From positions 1,934 through 65,933 of the forward strand of contig JBAZMW010000002.1 of NCBI GenBank assembly GCA_041649575.1: a stretch of DNA of 64,000 bases, read 5' to 3'. Under the pieces are notes generated by a model. It was not told where the DNA came from, did not search any database, and worked only from the letters and a program-made list of their open reading frames with translations. Both the position numbers and the translations under genes were made by a program. How positions within the stretch are numbered: position 1 is the stretch's first letter; every line of letters starts with the position of its first letter. The DNA comes from Patescibacteria group bacterium. Its GTDB lineage: Bacteria > Patescibacteriota > Patescibacteriia > 2-01-FULL-39-33. Positions 9,731 through 17,094 of this stretch are shown here, piece by piece.

Positions 9731-12055
9731 ATGAACCAATCTAAAATTTTGGTATTGATTCCCAAGGTCATTATCTGGCTGTGTCTGGCCGTTATTTTAT
9801 TCTCGCCCCTTTATGTCAGCAGCCATCTTTTTTTTCCTTTTATCGTCACCAAAACCCTGGTTTTTAATATTGCGGTAGAGGTAATGGTTTTGGCTTTTTT
9901 GTTTCTGGCCAGCATAAGTGGCGACTATAAAATCAGGATTAATTTGGCGGTTATCTTGGTCGCGGTTTATATTATCTTGTCTTTCATTTCTTCTTTGGCG
10001 GGCGATAATTTTTACCGCAGTTTCTGGAGCAATAACGAAAGAAGCGAAGGATTGCTCCTCTTACTACATCTCTTTTTGTTTTTGGTGGTGCTTTCCAGCT
10101 TCTTTAGAAAAATAAAGAGTTGGCTTTTGGTTTTTGACACTTTTTTCTTCGCCAGTTTTCTGGTCGCTTTGATTGCCCTGGGTCAGTATTTCAAGCTTGA
10201 TTGGCTTTTTGCTTCCGGTGACGGCCAGCGCCTGGCCGGCACTATTGGTAATGCCGGCTATATGGCCGGCTACTTGGTTTTTGCCGTTTTTCTGGGCTTA
10301 TTATTGGTTTTTAAGCGGAAAACCATTTATTTGAAAATTTATTATCTGATAGTAATGGCTTTGGAGGTCTTTATTATTTTCGGTACTGGTACAAGGGGTG
10401 GTATGCTGGCGCTGTTGCTTGGAGCTTTTTTGTTTGTCTTGTATTTACTTTTCTTTTATTTCAAAAATAAATATTTAAAATTGGCCGGAGTGGTGGTTAT
10501 ACTTTTGGCTTTGGGGCTGCCCTTGGTAGTGTTTGCCAATAAAGATTCACATTGGGTGAAAAGTAATTTTGCCCTGAACAGACTTTCCACTATTTCCGCC
10601 ACCACGGTCACCGCTCAATACCGGTTTATGACTTGGCAAGCGGCTTGGCAGGGCTTTAAGAAAAAATCCGTCCTTGGTTGGGGTCAGGAAAATTTTTATC
10701 AACCGTTTGACAAATACTTCAATCCTAAAATATTTCGTCATGGTGGTTCGGTGGTTTGGTATGATCGCGCTCACAATATAGTTTTTGACCGCTTGGTTAC
10801 CGGCGGCATCCTGGGCCTGCTGTCTTATTTGGCGCTTTTGTTCGTTCCTTGTTATTTTTTGTGGCGCCAGCGGGCGAAAAAGGAACCAGAGGCGGGCAAT
10901 GACCAAGAAAAAAAAGGCAAGAGATATTTCATCCAGGTGATCTTTTCTTTAATTGTTCTGGCTTATTTTATTCAGAATTTGTTTATTTTTGAGGCTTTGG
11001 CTACTTATATTCCTTTATTTCTGGTATTGAGCTTCATTGGCTTGTTTGGTTGGAGCTACGATTGGCAGCCGCTAGCCAGCCGCCGTGTCAAGTTAGCGTT
11101 TTTTATTTTTTGGCTGATTGTTTTTTTACCGATTCTATATTTTGTCAACCTCAAGCCGCTCAATGCCAACTTGACCCTGACCAAAGCTTTAAGCAGCCAG
11201 GATTTGAGTGTTAGCGAGAGAATTGATCTTTTCAAACAAGTTTTGTCGCAGCAGACCCCGGGTAATCAGGAATATCGACGGCAGCTGTTCAATCTTTTGG
11301 AGGCGTTGATTACCCAAAAGTTCCCGGATAAAAAAGTTATTTCCGACCTGGCCGATTTTACCGGCAGCGAATTAAACAAACAGATCGCCGAAAACCCCCA
11401 CAGTGTTTCCAATTATTTGCTACTGATGAGATTCAACAGTTCCATGTTCAGTCAGACCGGCAATCTCGATTATCTTAATAAAAACTTGGATCTTTTTGAT
11501 CAGGCCAAGGAGCTGTCGCCGGCCCGTCAGGTTATATATTTTGAAATCGGCTATTCCTACATAGCCATGGGTAATTATTTTAAACAAACTAGCCAGGGGG
11601 AGATGGCCCAGAAATATTATGATTTGGCCGTAGATAACTTTCGTTACGCCCTGGAGTTAAACGATACTAATTTCGAATCATACAGGCAGTTAATAAGCGC
11701 CTTAATTTATGCCGGTAAAAACCAAGACGTGCTAGATTTTATCGACCAAATGAATCAGAAGGAAAAAGAAAAAATAATGGATGATTACGATCACACCAGT
11801 TTTTTTACCAGCGTCATTAACATCGGCGTTTCAGTAAAAAATTACCAAATTGCAAGATCGATGGCCCAAAAACTGATTGAGATAGACCCCAAAAATCCTT
11901 TGTATTATGTCCAACTGGCTTTAGCTGAAGCCTATTTAGGCAATAACAATGAGGCTATAACAGTAGCTCAAAAAGTGGCGGAATTCGGAGACGATTACAA
12001 AAAACAGTCTGAAGATTTCATCCAAAAGGTAAAAGCGGGCGATTTTTCCAAGTAG
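9731..12055 (+). CDS. O-antigen-ligase-like (Wzy_C) polytopic membrane protein with a C-terminal TPR region; candidate O-oligosaccharyltransferase.
   Basis: GTGTRGGMLALLLG motif in a periplasmic loop, typical of the WaaL / PglL / WsaB Wzy_C family. About 12 TM helices. C-terminal ~330 aa soluble and TPR-like (YYDLAVDNFRYALELNDTNFESYRQLISALIYAG). Confidence 0.6.
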   Translation: MNQSKILVLIPKVIIWLCLAVILFSPLYVSSHLFFPFIVTKTLVFNIAVEVMVLAFLFLASISGDYKIRINLAVILVAVYIILSFISSLAGDNFYRSFWSNNERSEGLLLLLHLFLFLVVLSSFFRKIKSWLLVFDTFFFASFLVALIALGQYFKLDWLFASGDGQRLAGTIGNAGYMAGYLVFAVFLGLLLVFKRKTIYLKIYYLIVMALEVFIIFGTGTRGGMLALLLGAFLFVLYLLFFYFKNKYLKLAGVVVILLALGLPLVVFANKDSHWVKSNFALNRLSTISATTVTAQYRFMTWQAAWQGFKKKSVLGWGQENFYQPFDKYFNPKIFRHGGSVVWYDRAHNIVFDRLVTGGILGLLSYLALLFVPCYFLWRQRAKKEPEAGNDQEKKGKRYFIQVIFSLIVLAYFIQNLFIFEALATYIPLFLVLSFIGLFGWSYDWQPLASRRVKLAFFIFWLIVFLPILYFVNLKPLNANLTLTKALSSQDLSVSERIDLFKQVLSQQTPGNQEYRRQLFNLLEALITQKFPDKKVISDLADFTGSELNKQIAENPHSVSNYLLLMRFNSSMFSQTGNLDYLNKNLDLFDQAKELSPARQVIYFEIGYSYIAMGNYFKQTSQGEMAQKYYDLAVDNFRYALELNDTNFESYRQLISALIYAGKNQDVLDFIDQMNQKEKEKIMDDYDHTSFFTSVINIGVSVKNYQIARSMAQKLIEIDPKNPLYYVQLALAEAYLGNNNEAITVAQKVAEFGDDYKKQSEDFIQKVKAGDFSK

Positions 12056-12111
12056 TGGTTTAAAAAGTTATCCACAGCTTTCCGTTGACAGTAATGAAAA
12101 TTTGTTTTTTT

Positions 12112-12120
12112 TGTGTTATA
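12112..12120 (+). promoter_or_regulatory. Extended -10 promoter element (TGTTATAAT) upstream of the small Thr-rich protein gene.
   Basis: TGnTATAAT match ~100 nt upstream of ATG 12221; upstream TTGACA at 12087 is at non-canonical spacing. Confidence 0.3.
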
Positions 12121-12220
12121 ATTAAAGCATCATAAAGTATAAGCAAAAACTCAAGTAGCCGTTCTTCAAAGAGAGTTCCATTTAATTTAATCAAATTAAA
12201 TAACTTTTAAAAAATAACTC

Positions 12221-12862
12221 ATGTTGTTTATGCACAAAAAAATCAATCTCTCCTCATCTTTGAGGAATGCTTTGATTGTTGTGGTGGCGTTGTTTTTTGT
12301 GGCCACGGCGGTTTACGCTACTACCATAATCGGGACTAACATAAGCACTGGCGGGACTTTAACGGTAAGCGGAGATTCCACTTTAACTTCGGCTACCACC
12401 AGCCATACTTTGTATGTCACAAGTTACGCCTCTTCCACCGGCGGCCTTTTCACTCAAGGTAATTTACACGCTGGCGGCACCGCTTCTTTTGACGGTAACT
12501 CCACTTTTGGCAAGTCGTCATCAATTGTCAATCTGTTCACCGGTACTCTACAGGCATCCACCACGGCTTTATTTACCGGGGCGAGTACTTTTTATAACAC
12601 TATAAACCTCAAAAATACCTCTGGCGGCACTTTTGATTTGACCACCAGCACCGCCACCACCACCAAAGGTATCTTTTCTCGCGATCATACCAACTCAACT
12701 TCAACCGTTAGTATTGGTGATGTTGGCTCTGCGGCTACCAAAGGTTGCTTAGAAATAACTGGTACCGACGGAGTATTTTATAGTTGTTTTATTGATAACA
12801 CTCACGGCACTGCCACCACCAGCGGCTACTACCTGTTGTGTCATCTGGGCCGGTGTATATAA
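12221..12862 (+). CDS. Small Thr/Gly/Ser-rich secreted or membrane-anchored protein (signal-anchor, then beta-repeat-like T/G-rich region, C-terminal CxxxxC).
   Basis: N-terminal hydrophobic helix LIVVVALFFVATAVYATTII. Periodic GGT/TST-rich repeats. Ends CHLGRCI. Composition matches the neighbouring surface proteins. Confidence 0.5.
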   Translation: MLFMHKKINLSSSLRNALIVVVALFFVATAVYATTIIGTNISTGGTLTVSGDSTLTSATTSHTLYVTSYASSTGGLFTQGNLHAGGTASFDGNSTFGKSSSIVNLFTGTLQASTTALFTGASTFYNTINLKNTSGGTFDLTTSTATTTKGIFSRDHTNSTSTVSIGDVGSAATKGCLEITGTDGVFYSCFIDNTHGTATTSGYYLLCHLGRCI

Positions 12863-12896
12863 AAGCAGATTTAATTTAAATTTTTAAGCTTATGCT

Positions 12897-14168
12897 ATGA
12901 AAATAAAAGCTAAAAAATTATTTTTTAGAGTTTTAATCTTTAGCGCTTGTTTGCTTTTTACTAGCACGGTTGTGTTGGCCGCCACCGATGATTTTACGGC
13001 TGATGGCGACATCTCGGTCAGTGGAGTAACTTTTGGTGACACCACGGCTGATATGATCATACTTAGCGGCTCAAAATCAGAAAGCTGGGAGTTTAACAGC
13101 GGTACCTTTACGGTTGCCAATCCCGACTCAGCCTTTAAGATTGGTTCGTCAGACAGTGCCGTCAAGGGACTTAAGGCGGTAAGAGGCACCAATGAATACT
13201 GCGAAAACAACACCACGCCTGGCACTAGCTACTTGACGCTCCCAACCACTGCCGGTACTTATACCATCACCCCTTTGTCGGGTACTTGCGTTGGCGGTTC
13301 ACCGTCATCAGTGCCTGCTCCTAGCGCCGGTTCGGGTTCTGGCGGTACAGGGGAAACCACTTTGGGCGGCACGTCGAATCTTGGCAATGTCAGCAGTAGC
13401 GGCAAAAATGTTTTTATGTATATTAATTCCACTGCCAATTTTACTACCACGGTCAGCGGTTCTGGTTCTAATAGTCACAGCGTGAAAGTCACCGGGCTCG
13501 ACTTGACCAATAAGCAGATCACCCTGACGTTTCAATCCGACCCGGTTACAGTGGAATTAAATCTAAAAGAGACCAAAGAAGTTGATTTAAACGGCGATGG
13601 TCTTAGTGATGTTAAGGTGACCTTTAATGATTTAATCATCAATAAGGCGGACTTAACGATCACCAATATTTTATCTACGTCAAAGGCATTTGCGCTGGGC
13701 TTGGTGGCCGGTGATTTAATCAAAATTGCCACCAATAGCGCCGTTTATTATATAGATTCTAATGGCAAACGACATTTATTTGTCAACGCGGCTACTTTTT
13801 GGACTTGGTATAGCGGTTCCTGGTCAAAAATAAAATATGGCACGGAAGCCAAAACCATCAAGATTATTTCTCAAGCTGATTTCGATCAGGTGCTACTGGG
13901 CGCCAATATTACAGCCAAGCCGGCAAATAAGTTAATTAAATTCAGAACCAGCAAGAGAGTTTATGTGGTTGATGAGGGCGCGATTTTGAGACAAGTGGTG
14001 TCGAGTTCCGGCGATGCCAGCGTGGCCAAAAAATTGTATGGCGCTGATTATGCCAAAAACGTGATCCTTGTTCCCGACGGTTTTGAAAGTGACTATACCC
14101 ACGGGGAAGTGCTGACCGAAACTTCAACAGCCCCAATCAAAACACTGGAGATAAACAAGTTGTTTTAA
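12897..14168 (+). CDS. Secreted surface protein with a C-terminal triple-repeat (YYxD-xxGKRHLF) module.
   Basis: Signal peptide LIFSACLLFTSTVVLAA. S/T/G-rich middle region. C-terminal AVYYIDSNGKRHLFVNAATFWTWYSG... module homologous to the N-terminus of the 1400-5236 protein and the C-terminus of the S8 protease. Confidence 0.7.
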   Translation: MKIKAKKLFFRVLIFSACLLFTSTVVLAATDDFTADGDISVSGVTFGDTTADMIILSGSKSESWEFNSGTFTVANPDSAFKIGSSDSAVKGLKAVRGTNEYCENNTTPGTSYLTLPTTAGTYTITPLSGTCVGGSPSSVPAPSAGSGSGGTGETTLGGTSNLGNVSSSGKNVFMYINSTANFTTTVSGSGSNSHSVKVTGLDLTNKQITLTFQSDPVTVELNLKETKEVDLNGDGLSDVKVTFNDLIINKADLTITNILSTSKAFALGLVAGDLIKIATNSAVYYIDSNGKRHLFVNAATFWTWYSGSWSKIKYGTEAKTIKIISQADFDQVLLGANITAKPANKLIKFRTSKRVYVVDEGAILRQVVSSSGDASVAKKLYGADYAKNVILVPDGFESDYTHGEVLTETSTAPIKTLEINKLF

Positions 14169-14185
14169 CGAACTGAAATTATTTA

Positions 14186-14215
14186 AAAATCCTCCCGCTT
14201 AAGCGGGAGGATTTT
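14186..14215. terminator. Bidirectional rho-independent terminator between convergent genes.
   Basis: AAATCCTCCCGC-ttaa-GCGGGAGGATTT perfect hairpin, with an A-run on the 5' side and a T-run on the 3' side. Confidence 0.7.
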
Positions 14216-14230
14216 TGTTAATCAGGTTTT

Positions 14231-15379
14231 TTATTTTTTGTATTCGCTTAGAGTTTCCAGAATCATTTTTTGAAAAGAAAAATCATTTATTACAGCAAGC
14301 CTTGCTTGTTCGGCCATTTTTTTTGCCAAAGCGGGGTCAGCGATTACTTGTTTGATTTTTTCTGCTAACTTAGCGGAATTACCAGGCTCCGAGAGCAGGC
14401 CGGTCTTACCATCTTTTATTATCTCCGGGATACCTCCTATTCTGGTGGCGACAATAGGCAGCCCAGCGGCCATTGCTTCTAGAATGGAGTAAGGCAACCC
14501 TTCCTTTAAAGAAGAGCAAAGGTAAAGATCAAAGGCTTTTAGGTATTGGGCGGCATCACTCTGGCTGCCAGCTAAAATGAATTTATTTTCCAGCCCGGCT
14601 TCTTTGATTAAATTTTCCAATTCCGGCCTTAGTTCGCCATCGCCAATCACCACGGCCACGACAGGTATTGGATCGGTGTTTATTATCTTTATCGCTTCAA
14701 TGAAGTATTTTAAGCCTTTGTTGGCATAAAAATTGGCTATGGTGCCGACTATGATTCCTGTCAGGGGGAGGCCCAATTTTTTTCTAGCCTCTGGCTGGTC
14801 TAAAAATTTTATTTTGTCCAGGTTAATCCCATTAGGGATAACCGCTAATTTGTTTTGGGGAGCAATATTTTTTTTCAAAGCGGATTGTTTGTCTAATTGG
14901 GAAAGGCAAATGATTTTGTCTTTGAACCGGCTGGTGCTTTTTTCTAAGACGAGGTAGGCTAGTTTTATCAGAGGATTTAGCGATTCGTTGAATACCCAGC
15001 CATGGCAAGTGAAAATAACCCTGGCTTTATGTTTAGCCAGTTTAGCGGCCAGCGAACCAACCACACCGGCTTTACTGCTGTTTAGATGTATTATATCTGG
15101 CTTTTCTTTCTCTATTGTCTTTTTTATTTCCCAAACAGCCAGCAAATCTTTTAGAGGATTAATCTCTCGGACCAGATTTTTGAAAGTTATTGATTTCAGC
15201 CCTTGGTTTTTTGCCCTTTCCGCCAGTTCGCCCTTGTTTTTAGCGCCGCCGCTAATTATTATTTCTAGGTTGGGCTCATCTTTTAGCCCGCTTATCAGAT
15301 CATAAACATACTTTTGCGCACCGCCCCAAGAGAGTAAAGTGATTATATATAAAACCTTCGTTTTTTCAGAGTTGTTCAT
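14231..15379 (-). CDS. GT4-family glycosyltransferase (glycosyl transferase group 1).
   Basis: C-terminal EGLPYSILEAMAAGLPIVATRIGGIPEIIKDGKTGLL, the canonical GT4 EX7E region. N-terminal GT-B Rossmann half. Confidence 0.85.
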   Translation of the reverse strand: MNNSEKTKVLYIITLLSWGGAQKYVYDLISGLKDEPNLEIIISGGAKNKGELAERAKNQGLKSITFKNLVREINPLKDLLAVWEIKKTIEKEKPDIIHLNSSKAGVVGSLAAKLAKHKARVIFTCHGWVFNESLNPLIKLAYLVLEKSTSRFKDKIICLSQLDKQSALKKNIAPQNKLAVIPNGINLDKIKFLDQPEARKKLGLPLTGIIVGTIANFYANKGLKYFIEAIKIINTDPIPVVAVVIGDGELRPELENLIKEAGLENKFILAGSQSDAAQYLKAFDLYLCSSLKEGLPYSILEAMAAGLPIVATRIGGIPEIIKDGKTGLLSEPGNSAKLAEKIKQVIADPALAKKMAEQARLAVINDFSFQKMILETLSEYKK

Positions 15380-15451
15380 AAATTGACTTTTTAGCTAAAA
15401 TATATAATAATATTAAGGTATATTCATTTATTAATCAAGAGTGATTAAATT

Positions 15452-16306
15452 ATGGAAAATAAAAAAATTGGTTTTATCGGCCAGGGCTGGATTGGCAAAA
15501 ATTACGCCGATGATTTGGAAGCAAGAGGCTATGAGGTAGTCAGATATTCTCTGGAGGAGCCTTTTGTAAACAACAAGGAAAAAATAAAAGATTGTAATAT
15601 TGTTTTTATCGCCGTACCCACACCAACGACCTCAGCCGGCTTCGACGATGCTATCGTCAGAAGCGCTGTCAAATTGGTCGGTAGCGGCCAGTCGGCGGTT
15701 ATCAAGTCTACTATTTTACCAGGTACCACCCAATCGATTCAGGCAGAGAATCCCGGCATCTTCGTTTTTCATTCGCCGGAATTCCTCTCGGTCTCCACGG
15801 CCTATGAAGATTCACATCATCCACAGAGAAACATTGTCGGCATACCGGTGGATAACGAAGAATATCGTAACCGCGCTCGAGAAATTTTGTCAGTTCTGCC
15901 CACCGCCGATTTTTCCTTAATTACTGATGCCAGGGAGGCGGAGCTTTTTAAATATCTACGTAATTGTTTTTTTTATACCAAAGTCATCTATATGAATTTG
16001 CTGTACGATCTGGCGAAAAACCTCGGCTGTCGTTGGGAGACGCTTAGAGAAATTATGGCCAATGATCCCTGGATTGGCAGCATGCACATAGACCCGGTAC
16101 ATAAATCTGGCCGTGGCGCCGGCGGCGAATGTTTCATTAAAGATTTTGCCGCTTTCAGGAAATTTTATCAGGCAAAGGTCTCCGATAGCGTGGCCGATGA
16201 AATTTTCAAGAGTCTGGAAGACAAAAACCGTGAACTACTTATAAAAAGCAATAAGGATTTGAATTTGCTAAAAGGGGTCTACGGCGAAGAGACAACAAAA
16301 AAATAA
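15452..16306 (+). CDS. UDP-glucose/GDP-mannose dehydrogenase-family protein, short form (NAD-binding and central domains; lacks the C-terminal UDP-binding domain).
   Basis: GFIGQGWIG Rossmann motif. [34 protein letters not shown] matches [36 protein letters not shown] matches GFGGSCFPKD with the catalytic Cys. Only 284 aa, versus ~390-440 for canonical Ugd. Confidence 0.6.
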   Translation: [284 protein letters not shown]

Positions 16307-16329
16307 ATTTTTTTATAAAAATAATAACG

Positions 16330-16362
16330 CGTCGTCCCCGCTTGAGTCAGGGGGACGACGCG
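16330..16362. terminator. Terminator hairpin at the left edge of the GC-rich island.
   Basis: GCGTCGTCCCC-gcttgagtca-GGGGACGACGC perfect 11-bp stem, with an AT-rich run on the minus-strand 3' side. Confidence 0.6.
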
Positions 16363-16381
16363 GTCTGTACTTGGTGCGTGT

Positions 16382-16894
16382 CTAGACGTACTGCAGCAGA
16401 TCGAAGAACGGTCTCTGGTGTTCCATAAACGGCTTCGGAAGCTGGTCGACCCTAAACCATTTTCCCTCTGTTCTTCTTAGAGCTTCTTCCTCCGCCGTCG
16501 TATCGACTACCACGTAGAAGACACAGTGCATTTCGCCACCGTAGATGTGCTTCGAATAGACAACGCCGAGTAATTCCGCATCTTCCGCCAGGTCCGGACA
16601 CCCGATTCCTCTAGCTATCCGCCACAGGGTGTCTTTCACTAAATTATCCGATAGCTGCGCTATCTCGCCGGCGACATGCCATCGGGAAGCAAAGCGAAGG
16701 GCGTCTGACGGGTTCTGCACCAGAAAGACCTCCCTGACTTTTTGCCGCTGCCTTATCACCAGCAACTCTACGGCTGGCAGGCGCAGGAGCCGCGCTAAAG
16801 CGCGCAGCAGTTCCGGAGACAGAGTGCCCCAAACCCTCGCTAGCAGCCTTAAAACTACATCCTCTTTTTCTGAGCTCAATCCTTCCGTGGCCAT
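16382..16894 (-). CDS. Hypothetical protein encoded in a GC-rich (~55-58% GC) island; the C-terminal half has weak Nudix-fold resemblance but a degenerate Nudix box.
   Basis: ATG 16894 preceded by a perfect AAGGAGG 8 nt upstream. 171 aa, MATEGLSSEKED... The track ORF extends to 17053, but the RBS supports the internal start. Tail W-F-R-V-D-Q-L-P...F is Nudix-like, but REx2EE is replaced by WRIARG. Confidence 0.5.
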   Translation of the reverse strand: MATEGLSSEKEDVVLRLLARVWGTLSPELLRALARLLRLPAVELLVIRQRQKVREVFLVQNPSDALRFASRWHVAGEIAQLSDNLVKDTLWRIARGIGCPDLAEDAELLGVVYSKHIYGGEMHCVFYVVVDTTAEEEALRRTEGKWFRVDQLPKPFMEHQRPFFDLLQYV

Positions 16895-16967
16895 CTGTAA
16901 ACGCCTCCTTTTCCACTTTCTTATGTACAGGACTAAGACCTGCCACATCAGTAGCAGATTATTTATT

Positions 16968-16996
16968 ATAATATGACTTTCCGACGTTCCTGTCAA
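16968..16996 (-). promoter_or_regulatory. Candidate sigma70-like promoter for the island ORF (TTGACA-17-TATTAT on the minus strand).
   Basis: The -35 hexamer is formed by one arm of the 16986-17007 hairpin. It lies ~75 nt upstream of ATG 16894. Confidence 0.35.
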
Positions 16997-17009
16997 TGAC
17001 CAGGAACTT

Positions 17010-17038
17010 TTGACTTTTTTGCTGAAATATACGATAAT
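17010..17038 (+). promoter_or_regulatory. Candidate sigma70-like promoter TTGACT-17-GATAAT driving the ~34-kb glycosylation operon; preceded by hairpin GTTCCTG-tcaatgac-CAGGAAC (16986-17007).
   Basis: Exact 17-nt spacer. 57 nt upstream of ATG 17095. No other intergenic gap longer than 60 nt occurs until 51346. Confidence 0.45.
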
Positions 17039-17094
17039 AATAGGGATAATCATTGGTTTAGGTAGATAAAGAATGCCAAGGTAATTTTTTTAAT

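Noticed and set aside
16629-16976. Plus-strand 115-aa ORF and minus-strand 100-aa ORF (16644-16946) overlapping the island gene.
   Set aside because: Long open alternate frames are expected in a ~57% GC segment. Only the 16894-16382 frame has an AGGAGG RBS and a terminator. The alternative products are Arg/Ser/Ala-rich with no motif.
16895-17053. N-terminal extension of the island ORF to ATG 17053 (223-aa version, MIIPIIIVYF...) and the 60-aa ORF 17050-17232 (minus strand).
   Set aside because: The extension is AT-rich, unlike the rest of the gene, and runs through the predicted promoter and hairpin region. The internal ATG 16894 has a perfect RBS. The 60-aa ORF overlaps the operon promoter and the start of the GT4 gene on the opposite strand.
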